This document shows, in pieces, positions 20,219 through 34,249 of a stretch of 64,000 bases of DNA. Position 1 is the first letter of the stretch, and each line of letters begins with the position of its first letter. Source of the stretch: Bugula neritina (taxonomy: Eukaryota > Animalia > Bryozoa); NCBI GenBank assembly GCA_964035545.1, contig OZ037772.1:6246889-6310888 (forward strand), given 5' to 3'. The notes under the pieces were generated by a model. It searched no databases. It was not told the DNA's origin and saw only the letters and a program-made list of their open reading frames with translations. The position numbers and the translations under genes are program-made.

Positions 20219-21351
20219 GTATGAGTTTTTTTATTATGATAACTTGTGTTATATAATAGTTATTTTATTGAAAAGAGTGTTAATTATAGATGCAGCGGAT
20301 AAACATGAAAATCACACAGCACAATCTTCAGAAATGAGCATGAATTTGACTGAAACAAAGTTCTACAGATATAGTTTATTCACCATCAATCAAATATACA
20401 ACAATATTAATAGTATAAAAGTAAATTTTCCTCAAACACCAAGTACTAAATACCTTATATATAGACCAAAATAAAACTAATTAATTTAAATATATCATCT
20501 ATAATGATTTTATTCAATTTTTTAAATTGTTTATACACAAATTAACATACAAAATGCATAATAATTATTGAATAATCAATTACAAAAAGTGTATAGTTAA
20601 AAACTACTATATTATTTCACAGCAGATATAATGTAAGCATACGCAATGCTATATTTAGTAACTCTGCGTTTATTTCATAACACACATTTGTTTAAAAGGA
20701 TAAAACAGCTCAACAGCTATTAGCAGTTATAGTATGTTGACACATTGACACTATTTTATTATAAGGCTAGCATTGATATTTCTCTTTTCAAATAACTTTG
20801 AAATAATTCATAATTCATGCCTAGTGAGCCGTTTCACTGGATTTGGTGATAAACAGCTTTTCACAGTTGAAACATTGTGAGTAATTGATTATAGCATTTA
20901 TTTTGTAAATATTTGATTTAAAATAGTTGCATTAATCCAAAACCGAAACATTGTTTAATGTATTACAGTTTATACCAAAGAAGTTATTATTTCAAAAGGA
21001 ATATAAATACATGTGCTAGTTTACACTACATGTCAGAGGTCAGAGGTCAGAGGTCAGGCAACACTAGTGCTCTTTTTTATAATATTATGAGAAACACATT
21101 AGGTTATGCTGGAAAATGTGAACTGTTACTTCTTACAACTACTGACTAAAGAGTTGAGGGCTAAGGGAGTTGTCTACTCTGTTGCTGTACTATACAAGCA
21201 AACAATAGATGTTGTAGTCAGTTTTATTTTCGAAAGGGTCCAAAGGTCAATTAACCTTTCCAGATCAATGTTCAGTATTTACTGATATACAACACAGACA
21301 GACGCACATGCATACACACAATACAATCTTACAATTTTATTGATGTTTTAG

Positions 21352-22834
21352 GTCGCTCTGCTCTAGAATGTATGACTCAGTGCAGTGATCTCCACATTCA
21401 GTGTCTGTCTGGTGTCTTTGAATCAGCAAACAGAACTTGTAGACTATTCAATGAACCTTTAGTAGAGCTGGAAGCAGAAAACTTAAAAGATATGGTTTAC
21501 TTCATGAAGATATCTTCAGTGACAAGTAAAAATATACTTGTTCCTTAAATCCCAAATTGAAGCAACCCTTTTCATTCAAAAGATGATGCTTATAATTATA
21601 GTAACTTTAAATCACAATTTGTGCAGTAAATAAAACCTATTGGGAGTTGAACTACTTAAAAGTGAAAAAATTGTGGGAATCAATGTAGAATGTAAAGAAG
21701 CTGCTTTAGTTTTAGTCAATATTGGCAGCTTTTAATGGTTTTAGGTGAGAATATTTTTCTAGGCCAGAACTTTTCTGATGTGCTAAAACATTACCAACAG
21801 AGAATAACTTCTAGTCATGAGTTCTGTCTCTCTCTTTGCTCCTGTAACCTATCATTTGTTGCTGTGTCATATGACAAGAATACATCAACCTGTTTCCTGT
21901 CTGATAAACCAGAAGTTATCATCAACACAGAGCAGACTAGTAGACTGTGTTCTGTTAAAAAGAAACACTCTGAAGAGTTGACTGTCTATGGTTTCTCTAC
22001 CAATCTTGCTAAAGGTAAAGATAGCCAGTTGCTAATGCTATTTTGAGTTATAAGCTTTTGCTAAAGTCAGTAAATTAGGTTAATCACATATATGTGACAT
22101 TATACCACAATACTTTACATGATATCATATAAGCTTCGAAGAGTATTCACTCTTTATATTGTATAAGCCTTGTAATTCATGTTATTCTGGTAACTTTTAG
22201 ATAAAGTTGCTACATCAAGCAGCATATATGGAGCAAACTTGTCAGGGTTGAAGGCTATTGATGGCATTTATCTTCCCTCGGAAGCTGGCTTAGGAGAGCA
22301 AGGAAGTTTATTTGCTACTAATCAAGAATTGTCTCCGTGGCTGCAAGTAGACTTAACCACTAGTCACTTTGTTGAAGGTGTCAAAATATGGGACAGATCT
22401 GAGCACAGTTTTCAAGGTCAGTGAATTGTTTGTGCATCTTTTGTATAATATTGATATTTTATCTATTTCAATAGTGTCTGAACAGATTAGTGGTAAGTTA
22501 TTTGTATTTAATGGTAATATACATATATGTTTGCAATAATATACTCGTAATATTTTTATATTCTCAACGTTAAATTCAAGTTAATTCAAAACTAGTTTTC
22601 AAATTTATAGATTACAATGATCGACTAGCTAATGTGAAAGTATCAGTTGGTGAAACTGACACCAACTTTGATAATCCACCAGAAGATGAGATCTGTGACT
22701 ACCTTCCTGGACAACCACCTGCAGATATATTTCTGGTTACATGTTGTACTAGAATATATGGTAGATATGTGAGAGTAACAGCTGTTGAAGTAAATGAGCT
22801 TCTTAATATCTATGAGTTGGAAATTCATGGGTGA
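21352..22834 (+). CDS. PAN-PAN-F-type lectin copy C. Exons 21352-21525, 21745-22014, 22201-22416, 22611-22834; exon 1 missing; possibly decaying
   Basis: Open exons with canonical splice sites. TTA>TGA at 22832 removes the LEIVEQPANN tail, and a PAN Cys is replaced (CNLSFVAV vs CNQSCVAV). Homology to intron 1 of copy E starts at ~20220. Confidence 0.78.
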
Positions 22835-22920
22835 GAAATTGTTGAACAGCCAGCTAACAACTAATGTGATACAATGATATTTGACAAACAAAGCTCTGGC
22901 CAGCTTTTACCATATGCTCG

Positions 22921-23070
22921 AGAAAGAGAGAGAGAGAGTGTGTGTGTGTGTGTGTGTGCGTGTGCGCGTGCGTGTGCGTGTGCGTGTGCGTGTGCGTGTG
23001 CGTGTGCGTGTGCGTGGGCGTGTGGTTGGTGTGTGGGTGTGTGGGTGTGTGTGTGTGTGTGTGTGTGTGT
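22921..23070. repeat. Compound (GA)n/(GT)n/(GCGTGT)n microsatellite downstream of copy C
   Basis: Directly visible. Confidence 0.95.
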
Positions 23071-25766
23071 TGCTATACTGACGTGCCCAATTATATATAA
23101 GCATTACAGCTACAATGTAGCAACATCGTCTAATACATGCACACAAACAAATAATATGTAATAGTTAATGCAGTAGGAAGACAGTCTGCATGTAAAATTA
23201 ATGTTTCATGAAGTAGTACAAACAGCTGTTGTGACTTTGTGTTATTACAGCTGGAATATCTTGTGCCATTTGATTATTTCTGTTGTTGTTTAATTTTATT
23301 AGGTAGACTTTGATAGTTTGATCAGATCAATAGTTACAAAACAAACTCATAAAAGTAGGCTGAGTCATTAAACACGTCTTATGAATAGTAACTTGGCCCC
23401 CTATAGTGTTACACACAACATAGATGCTAAATTTTATATAATTTTCATTCATAATATTTTAGTGAATAGCATTTAAATACTATAACTTCTGTGTTGTTTT
23501 TGGCACCATTTTCTATTTTTTATTCAAGTTTTTTTTTTTTTCGATACAGGTTATTTATTTTCAGTTTAACTTCATTGTAAACTCTTCAGTCATATAACTT
23601 TATGAAACTTACTATCCATTATAATATAGAATTTTTGTTGTTCTTTAATTTATATGTTTTTATTCTCGAAGACTGAAACAAAAGAGTTAAGTAATAAGAA
23701 ATAAGTAATATGAGATAAGTGAATGAATAACAGAAAATTATGGCTTTATATACCAGTCTAAAAAATAGCTATTATGTGATAGCCAAACTCATTGTATCAC
23801 AATAGAAAAAACATAAGCTATGCTAACACAAATAAAGCTGTAATTACTCAACAAGCTTTCCAAGTTCATCTAATGGCCATACAGTTTTAAAAACTTTCAA
23901 AAATAAAAGTAAGTTCATCACTTAGATGACAGTGAGACACACGATCACCGTGATGTCATAGGAACTGATATGAATTTGCTAACTTTTTGAAACAAATTAT
24001 AAACAATTTTTGTGAATGGTTCTTTTACTAAATTTAGTATGAATATCTCTAGTCTTTAAAAACATTCTTTGCTTATATGTTTTATGAGAATTACTTTATT
24101 ATGTAACAGAACTGAGGTAACAATTATGGAAGTGCAAACTTTTATAAAATCTTTTATAAAATATGCTCTTCGTGCATGCAGCTATATGTTATAGTTGGTC
24201 AAATTCACATCAGCACTGAATTCAACTGAAAACCTTAACTTATAGTCCCAAGTGAATAGCTGCACTGATTGATTGCTCTCACCAGCTGTGTGTTTGTCTA
24301 TTGAACCTGCAGAGTAGTGGTTGTCTTGTGACAAACTGTTACAACCTGTGATTAGTGTAAAACAGCTTTCAGCTAAAATAATAGATTTATTCTATAAGCA
24401 GCTCCGAGTTGGAAGTTATTGCATGAGTGCAGTAGTTTGGAGTTATTGAGTTTAGAGTCGAGGGTTTAAGTAGGAACTTTAAATCCCAAACTTCAACCTT
24501 GAGACCTCAAGCTATTTACTCAGTCACCCCCAACACGGAGCTGCTTTGAGAAACTTCAAATATAAATTCTAATGTAACCTGGGACTGCTGTGAAACAACA
24601 TTGTGGTACAATGGTTGTCTCACATAGAAAATAATTTCAAAACTTGTATTGGGAGTTATGTTCCCACTTAATACATTGGCAGAGACAACATTGAAGAGAT
24701 TAATTGTATGTATCATTATGTAGTTTCACTGTCCAATGTAATGAATCATTTCATCATTCATAGTGTTCAGTAACTTAAGTACTTAACTGAAAAAAAAGCA
24801 TGGGCAAAGAGCAGAATGGCTAAATAGTATTCAATCAAAAGAATAAACTTTTTTATTACCTGTAATAATGTAAAATGTTGTCTACATATATAAAAGCATA
24901 ATAGACATGTAATAAAATAGCAAAGTCAGAGATATTGTTCAAAGTTGCTCGATTAGAATTAATTATAAATCCCACAAAAAAGCCATTAGATATATACTTG
25001 TTAGTCTAGGTTCATTACTCTAGTTGACAAACCTAAAGGTGAAGCAGCCAATGAATTTAAATTTTGTGCTGAGAGAAACTTCAGGCCACACCCACTTTTC
25101 AATTCATGCTATAACATCAGAGCAGTCATGGTGTTTTCATGAAGATTGCGTATTTGAGTATATACTAACTGAATTGTTTTTACTGGACACAAGTGATTTG
25201 TATTCTTGGGCATATAATATAGAATAAGGTTTATATATTACTACATCTTTACTCTGCAAAAGAATTATTACAAAATTACTTAAACATGTTGCTATCATAA
25301 TTTAAATATCGAGGTATTTAGGACATGTATAATTACTACAGAAAATTATAATATAAATGTGTTTTCTAAAAAGCATTTACTATGATTTAAAGTTATATAT
25401 AATATAAACATGAAACCTCTTTTTTAAAGAGTTAAAATCAAAAGTAATGTTGAAAATGCATATACGAACTTGACTATATGTCATATTATAATCTTTGGCA
25501 GAATGAATGATTAATATTGAAAAAAATTGAACAGTGTGTAAAAATATATTATTTTTTATAATGACGGTATTTATGTATCAACTTATATATTAAATAGTAT
25601 TATATTTCACATTAGTTTGCTTAAATTTTGCCTTCATAATTAAATACTCTTTATTGCAGAATTTAGCAGAGGAATATTCATGAAGAATGTATACAAATAA
25701 AGAAGCGAATAAAAATAGTCTACTTCCAATGTAGTGGCTTGACCTTTGCTCTTATTGACGAATTAC

Positions 25767-25798
25767 TTGAATTTGATTGGCTGACATGAAATATAAAA
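25767..25798 (+). promoter_or_regulatory. Putative FReD-2 core promoter: inverted CCAAT (ATTGG) + TATA
   Basis: ttgaatttgattggctgacatgaaatataaaa. The TATA is 97 nt before the ATG, and the block is conserved at FReD-3 (53521-53553). Confidence 0.65.
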
Positions 25799-25888
25799 GT
25801 CTGAAGAACTTCTCTTTTTCATCACTTCAGTTTGAGCTGTAGAACTAGATAGTACGAGGTACCTTGTTGTGTATTTCTAACCTGAAAC

Positions 25889-28032
25889 ATGCAGATGTAT
25901 TTCCTCCTTACACTTTTGTTGGCAGTCCCTCTGCATGCAGTAAGTATACAAGAACTTCTACTAAAATAAAAAATATGTATACACAGTAATGAGTGGATTA
26001 TTATAATTATTGTTGTGTTATATGAGTCATCATATTGAGCTTGCAAACTATGTGTGCTATATATTTAGTAAAAAACAATAGTTTTTATTTGAATAATTCA
26101 CCAAAGTAATAAAGATTTTACTTAAACGTAAAATTCTTTATAAAAATTTGCTAAAATGCTTTACTGACTTTCAGAGCTTACGTATTTTTGTTAAAAGCGT
26201 TTAAAAAAAGAAATTAATTTATTATCACTCGAGAATTTTTCAATTTATAGTAATCCCCTCCAAAAAATTACCAACATGGTAATTTTCTATTATGCAACAT
26301 TTAATTGCTATATGAATAGTCTTAGACAGCATTGCTATTGCCTTTGTATGCTCCAGCTATTATATTCTCGTTTCTGTGCATCCTGGACATAATGAACATC
26401 GACAAAGTGCTAATTGTGCTAAATTTACAGGGCTAATATTATATTCAAATAAAATAATATCTAACCAGTGTTCCTATAACTACTAGATACAATACTGTAG
26501 GACATTGTGTTTGTAGCACCGTGATGTGGAGGAATATTGTTTGGAGAGAATAAAGACAAAACCATCTGACAAACCCAGAACATGTTTAGACCTACTGTGT
26601 CTTGGATATGGCGGTGCTAGCGGTGTTTACAGGATCTACCCAACAGGGCAGGAGCATTACTCACTTGGTGTTTTCTGTGACCAGAAAACTGATGGAGGTG
26701 GATGGACTGTTAGTATCAATATTCTGTTGTTGTTATATTATATAGCGGTTGTTTAAAAAGATGTTTGTTTTGATTTTCAGATTATATAGCATTCACTCTT
26801 CCCTATTACCATATTCTGATATATATATTTATATTATACGTTGGATTAGTTTTCAACCAGGAAAATATTAAAAGCAAACTTGCATATAGCAAATATCGAA
26901 CCTGAGACTGCATAATAGAGATACAGTTCTGTTAACCAATAAAATTAAATTTTCTTTTTACCTAATGTTAGGTGTTCCAAAGAAGAATGGATGGCTCAGT
27001 TGATTTCTACTGAAACTGGTACAACTACAAACTGGGTTTTGGTAATTTGAATGGAGAGTTTTGGCTTGGAAATGACAAGTTGGTAGCTCTTCTGCAAGCC
27101 AATCCTAAGAATGAGTTGAGATTTGACCTTGAAAGTACAACCAATGAACAAGCATATGCTAAATACAGCAGCTTCAATGTTGGTGATAAGTCAACTGGAT
27201 ATACACTTTCAGTGTCTGGCTATACCGGGACAGCAGGTATATAAATTTCTAACATAATGCAAATATCTGATTACAGCAACTGAATCAATTGCCCAAATTA
27301 GGCTTACATTTCTAATTTTTTTTCACAATTTTTATAGCAACAATGCTCCATGTAATGGCTTAAAAATTACCTTTACCAAACTGCTGGTAATGCTTTTGAA
27401 AAATCTTGGTTCAAATATCTTTTGTTGTAATAAAAAGCTCAAAAATTATATAGTTGCAGTGCAACAGGTTTGCTTAAAAACGCAACTATATAACGCTTTA
27501 CTGCAAAGACAAATGACAATAAAGACAATGTTTGGTCATTAAAATATTATGGGTAAATCAATGCATTATATTGATTGAGAAGTGATAGTTATCCAAGTAG
27601 AATACTTGGTTTATTTTATGAAATTTTTACTCTGAAAAGCTACTTAAAAGCTAGGCCAACTGTAATTGATTGTCACAAAATGTTAAAATATGGATTTTAC
27701 ATGAGTAGTTACAATAATTTTATTCACTTTATAAAAATAGCTCATTATTATTAGGAAAGTGAAGTATTTATTCTTTAGGTGATGGCCTTTCATATCATAG
27801 CAATGGAGGAAAGTTTTCAACACATGATAGAGACAATGATAATTCTTCAGGAAATTGTGCTACTTCATATGATGGTGCTTGGTGGTATGGCGCGTGTCAT
27901 GCTTCCAATTTGAATGGCAAGTACTTGAAGGGAAAGCATACTTCCTATGCTAATGGCGTAAACTGGGCAAGCTGGAAAGGTCAAAATAATTCTTTAAAAA
28001 CTACAGAAATAAAATTCCGTGGTTATTTGTAG
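25889..28032 (+). pseudogene. FReD-2. Exons 25889-25939, 26517-26708, 26972-27236, 27779-28032; premature TGA at 27011
   Basis: Signal exon MQMYFLLTLLLAVPLHA|gtaagt. Exons 2-3 are nearly identical to FReD-1, but AGA(Arg)>TGA in DFY*NW. The last exon is open: [49 protein letters not shown]...KFRGYL. Confidence 0.88.
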
Positions 28033-30549
28033 ACCTTTATGTTTATATATATATGCAATTGAAAAGCGTGAATCTATAAGTTTATACTATTTTATTAATT
28101 TATATAAATAAATAAATGAGCTTTTGAGCCAAACATCAAAATGATTTGTTTTTTAGTTTTGAGTTGAATTTTGTAAAACTATTTGCAAAGACAAAAAAGA
28201 GTGTGATCAATAATGCAATTTACAAATGTTTTAATTCAAGGCTCTAAACTCTCTCTTGTAAGCCTAAACATTACAACTTTGTGTATACCAAACACATTGT
28301 ATACAGTATATCAATAATTTAGCTTGATTGCAAGATTTTGTATAAACTGTATTGTAGATTAAACGATGACAATTAATTTTTAAGTCTTAATGCAAATCTA
28401 TCCCTATATACACATGTGTATACTTCTTTTTCATGTTTTGCAAAATTTCAACAAGTTTAGGAGACATTGTTTAAAAAAAATAAGATTTTGGAGTGTTCAT
28501 GCATGTATACACCAAGATAAATACAAAGTATATCAAATATATATAGGATGAAAAAACAAAAACATATCTATATATAAACTACAGCACATCTAAACATATG
28601 CACTAGTTATTCTAAATGACTATATACTACAAAATATTTATAGTCTGTAAATCACAGCAACATCGAATATAGAATACAGCCTATACTCAAATATATACTA
28701 GAGCTAATGTAAATATAAACTACGCAAATGTGACTCACTAGTTGGCATCCTGGCAGCCACATTGGACACTTGAATACTAAATCCAGTGTGGCCTGCTTAA
28801 ATTTGAAGAGATCTTAGATCATGCAGTTGTAACTGCTTGCTGTCTTTCTATAAGTTTTAAAGCTGTAGGTCAACATCATTTTTATTATTTCCTTATAATG
28901 ACAATGCAAATGCATCGTAAAATATTTCATCAATTTATTATGTTAGTAAACCAACATTCGTTGTTTTGTTTGCTTGCAAACAAATTATAGTTTTTTGTAA
29001 AAGTAAAATATCAAAGTTTTGTTTGCTTTACATTTTCGACAAGGTTTTGGAAAGAATTCTACAACCACAGACATGAAGGTAGTTTGTTTACAAAAGAAAT
29101 TTCCGAATTACAATTGTAATTTTGAAATTTCTTTTGTAATATTTTTCTTATCATGCCAAAAAAAGGATTAAATCTGAACTCAATAAGAATGGATGGTGTG
29201 TTTTATCAGCACTTGACAAACTACATACTAAAAGCTAAATGTCATAAGATGGACTGAAAAGATAGTAGCTATATAATATGTAGATACAAATGAATTGATA
29301 CAAAAGAGGCACTATGCTAATATAGCATGACACGTATAGTTAGAAAGTTCCTTGTTGGCTGAAAGTCAATCTTCACTAACAAAATTAGCTTCTTGGAGTT
29401 TCTATTGAACTCACAATAATTCAAAAGCATTTATAGATCTCAAATTTGCTTTGCACTGAGGATACACTTGCTATCTATTATAGTTGTATAATTCTGTATA
29501 ATCTATCTCTACCTCAGACCCAATCACTGTTGACTTTCTTAATTTGCATTTCACTTATATAACAATAGCCTTGAAATCAAAATGCTGAAGTTTTCTTTGT
29601 AATCTATTTCTATGCATGCAAATGAAAGAAGATTAAATTTGCACTCAATAAAAAACAACATGATTTTATTAGCATTTTAAAGAACTAAATACCAACGCAT
29701 GAACTTAAAAAAAATTGATTAAACAAAGATCAAATAGATAATATTTAGACACAATTGAAGTTACGTCATAAAATGATAGAGCTATGTTGTGAACATACAT
29801 GCATTCAGGAAGTTCCGTGTTGACTCAAAATCAATATTCACTAATATAAGTAATATACTATATAATCAGCTACTTGAATTTTGCATTGCACCCCGATTTT
29901 TAAATGCATGTTTTAGCCACAAATAAGTTTTGCATTCTGTTTATATGCTTGTTATTTTGATTGGGCAGTTTTAAAAACGTCTGCAAGTGTAGAGACTTTC
30001 ATTGAAAATCTATTTATTTTGCAAGGCCATAGAAGTGAAAGGTAACCAAAGGTGACCAATCAGCCAAGTTCTGAATAAGAATCAATGGGAAGGATATTCC
30101 TTGTAGATATCAGTATAGTTATATGTTATAATTATATCAACTGCTTTTCCAAATTATCGTCTTTATGCTGTCAACTTAACTAATCCGCTACATTTTCAAA
30201 GGGCATCATGCAAGTAGCGATTAGGCAAGTTATATTTAATATTAGTAAATGAGCTTCTGCTTCAATTTAATGACTTTAGTGATTTGCAGTAAAACCATAA
30301 AAGGAGTAATCGGACGAGTGAGATTAACTGAAACTTGGTACTTTTTCCGTCGAGGTATAAATGTGATTAAAATATTTTAATTTTAAACCAAAGCAAAGCA
30401 GAGCAGACTCTTGACTTGGCAGTTTGATTATTGACATTTCACTCAAATAAAACAAGACTATATTGTACAATATTGGAAAGTACTCTTTATGCAGATCGAA
30501 AGAATAGACACAATGACAAACTGTATTTGCTTTATATTGGTATGTATAG

Positions 30550-30763
30550 TCAGCAGCTGTGTTCTAGCGGCTAGTGTGTTTGCTTAGCAAAGATGAAGTC
30601 ATGGGTTCGAACCTTTGATCATTGGTGACGTTAGAAAGAGCATTCAGTCATAGTTTTTCCTGCAAGCATGTACCTCATCTGAACAAGTCCTTAGCCTGAT
30701 CTATTAAAAACCTTTTTAACAGGGTTTCTCACAGAGATGGTGAATGTAAACTTGCGCGAGTTT
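30550..30763 (+). mobile_element. tRNA-derived SINE within a repeat unit
   Basis: gctgtgttctagcggctagtg...gggttcgaacc (B box) plus the shared body. Confidence 0.7.
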
Positions 30764-33420
30764 TTTATAATGGTATCTGTAGTGGTGTGTGACAAGATGG
30801 TGCTGACTTGTAGTGTATTACATTGTAGATTTATTTTGTACAACTACTGAGAATATAAAATAACACTGTAGAATTTGGCAACTAACTAACTCCTAACTAA
30901 CTCACTTGAATACCGAGTCCAGTGTGGCCTGCTCATATTTGAAGAGATCTTGGATCATGCAGTTGTAACAGATCACTTTTTTTCTAGTTTTTAAACTGTA
31001 GGTCAACATCATGCTTGTTGTTTCCGTATAATGACAATGCAAATGCATCGTAAAATATTTCATCAAATAATTTATTATGTTAGTAAACCAACATTCGTTG
31101 TTTTGATTGCTTGCAAACAAATTACAGTTTTTTGTACAAGTCAAATATCAAAGTTATGTTTGTTTTACATTTTCGACAAGGTTTTAGAAAGAATTCTACG
31201 ACCACAGACATGAAGGTAGTTTGTTATGAAAATTACAAATGTCTCATTGAAAAATTACAAACAGAAGCAGTATCACTTGTATGGGAAAAAGTTGAATGCA
31301 ACTCTGATAAAGTTAGACTGCAGCATAGCCTAATCTTTTGAACTACATCCTATCATCAAGCTGATCTAAATGACACACTCTTTGCATACTGATGGCCATT
31401 TTAGACACTTGAATACAAAATTAGATGCAATTCATTTCTGTTTGAAGAGATCATAGAGCATTTGTGACACATTTCAGTCATTCTATAGTTTTTCATTTGT
31501 AGGTCACCATTATGCTTGGTATAATTTAGGTGTACTAGCAATGCAGATACATGTTATAACTTGAATTTTAGGTCTACAAAATGAATTTTTTGCAGATTTA
31601 GTTTTTAGTCTCGCATTGGCCAGAATTTGAAAGGTTCTTTATAAATATCAGTCTTACTAAAAATCATTTTAAACTTGTAATTTTGAAATTTCTTTTGTAA
31701 TATTTTTCTTAATATGCCAAAAAAAAGATTAAATCTGAACTCAATAAGAATAGATGATGTGTTTTATTTGCACTTGAGATACTTAAAATTAAATGTCATG
31801 AAATGGACTGAAAAGATAACAACCATATGTGTAGATACAAATGAATTGATACAAAAGAAGCACTATGCTAATATACAGCATACTATATAGTCAGCAAATT
31901 CCTTGTTGGCTGAAAGTCAATCTTCACTAACATAATTAGCTTTTTGGAATTTCTATTGAACTCACATTAATTCAAAAGCATTTATAGATCTCAAATTTGC
32001 TTTGCACTGAGGATACACTTGCTATCTATTATAGTTGTATAATTCTATATATTCTATCTTTACGTCAGACCCAATCGCTGTTGACTTTCTTAATTTGCAT
32101 TTCACTTATATAACAATCGCCTTAAAATAAAAATGCTGAAGTTTTCCTTGTAATCTATTTCTATGCATGCAAATGAAAGAAGATTGAATTTGCACTCAAT
32201 AAAAAACAACATGATTTTTTTAGCATTTAAAAGAACTAAATACCAACGCATGAACTTGAAAAAAACTGATTAAACAAAGATCAAATAGATAATATATAGA
32301 CACAATAGAATTTACGTCATAAGATGATGGCACTATGCTGTGAACATACATGCATTCAGGAAGTTCCGTGTTGACTAAAAATCAAAAGTCACTAATATAA
32401 GTAATATACTATATAATCAGCTGCTTGAATTTTGCATTGCGCCCCTATTTTTAAATGCATGTTTTAGCCACAAATAAGTTTTGCATTTTGTTTATACGCT
32501 TGTTATTTTGATTGTGAATTTTTGAAAGCATCTGCAAACTTAAAGACTTTCATTGAAAACCTATTCTCTTGGCAGGACCACGAAGGTGAAAGGTAACCAA
32601 AGGAGACCAATCAGCCGATTTCAGAATAACAATCAATATTCCTTGTAGGTATCAGTATAGTTATGTTATAATTATATCAACTGCTTTTCCAAATTATCGG
32701 TTTTATGCTGTCAACTTAACTAATTCGCTACAATTTCAAAGGGCATCATGCAAGTAGCAATTAGGCAAGTTAATTATAATTTTTTGTAAAAGTCAAATAT
32801 TAAAGTTATGTTTGCTTCACATTTTCGACAAGGTTTTGGAAAGAATTCTGCCACCCTAGACATGAAGGTAGTTCGTTATGAAAGTTACAAATGTCTCATT
32901 GAAAAATTACAAACAGAAGCAGTATCACTTGTATGGGAAAAAGTTGAATGCAACTCGGATAAAGTTAGACTGCAGCATAGCCTAATCTTTTAAACTACAT
33001 CCTATCATCAAGCTGATCTAAGTGACACGCTCTTTGTGTACTGATGGCCACTTTAGACACTTGAATACAAAATTGGATGCAGTTCATTTCTGTTTTAAGA
33101 GATCATAAAGCATTTGTGACACATTTCAGTCATTCTAGTTTTTAATTTGTAAGTTACCATATTATGCATGGTATTTAAATGTACTAGCAATGCAGATGCA
33201 TTTTATAATTTCAATTTGATGTCTAATAAAATAAACGCTATGCAGATTTAAGTTTTAGACTTGCGTTGGCATGTGTTTGAAAAATTCTTTATACTATCAG
33301 TTTTACTAAAGTTTTCTTAAAATTGTAATTTGAAAGCTCGTTTTGTCATATTTTTCTCATCATGACAATAAAAGAAGATTAAATCTGAACTCAATAAGGT
33401 AGAAGATGTGTTTTTATTAG

Positions 33421-34249
33421 TATAGCAGTTTTATCGGTCTGCTAGGGACCCAGCAAGCCTTTTGGATTATTGGACGTTACTGATGCCGTTATGAGTGTAG
33501 TTAGATGGGGCGGGTGAAAGTTGGTATTAATATATTTTATTCTAGTTCGCCAACTTTACAGAAAACTAACACTTTAGCTCATAAGCCAACACCGTGAAGT
33601 CTGTAATAATAGTAAAATTAGGGTAAGAGTTATAATTTGAATACAGTATGATTGAGTAATATGTGAAAAGTAATATATAATATAATATGTATATAATATG
33701 AAGCATGACAAGACAAAATGTATTAAAGGCTATTAACTCAGTACATAAAATAATTGCAGTTAATTAAAAACAGATTACAAGAAAAGATAAAAGAATATAG
33801 CGAACCTTTTGTTCTCCTTTAGCTTGCCTTAGACTGGCTTCTGATCATTGAATAAAGTGTAATAATATAATTATAAAACTTATGCATGGATATCATGCGA
33901 GAACTTCATATTTTAGTGGCTAGAAACACTTTACTGACCAGAAAAGACAGCATTTTACACCAGGAATATTAAACAGGATGTTTTCCAACGCCTATTATTG
34001 GCTATAGCACACTTTTGCAACAAAATCCGGCCAATCACATTGTGGCACATTGCTTCCACCCGGCAGGACCATCTCCTTACAAACATCCGGACGGCTGTCC
34101 CCAGCCTTCCGATTGCGACACTACTGCATGCCCTAAGCTTGTGTTATTGTGCTATAAAAATGTCATTATCTTGCTGCTATGATTGTATAGTGAGCTCAGT
34201 CAGCTGTTTAATGATGACTTTTGGCTGCTGTCGTTTGTAGTTCATTACA
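33421..34249 (-). mobile_element. Probable solo LTR (829 bp) with 5-bp target-site duplication ATTAG
   Basis: Interrupts gatgtgtttttATTAG|cattt (empty paralog ~37545-37565). ATTAG lies at 33416-33420 and 34250-34254. The minus strand starts TGTAATG and ends CTATA (degenerate CA end). Confidence 0.72.

Noticed and set aside
27011-27013. In-frame TGA as selenocysteine
   Set aside because: It aligns to Arg (AGA) in paralogs rather than Cys, and no SECIS was recognised.
31111-31341. ORF ...MKVVCYENYKCLIEKLQTEAVSLVWEKVECNSDKVRLQHSLIF, repeated at 32808-32993
   Set aside because: It lies in the repeat unit, is disrupted or deleted in the other units (29.0 and 37.0 kb), and has no recognisable domain.
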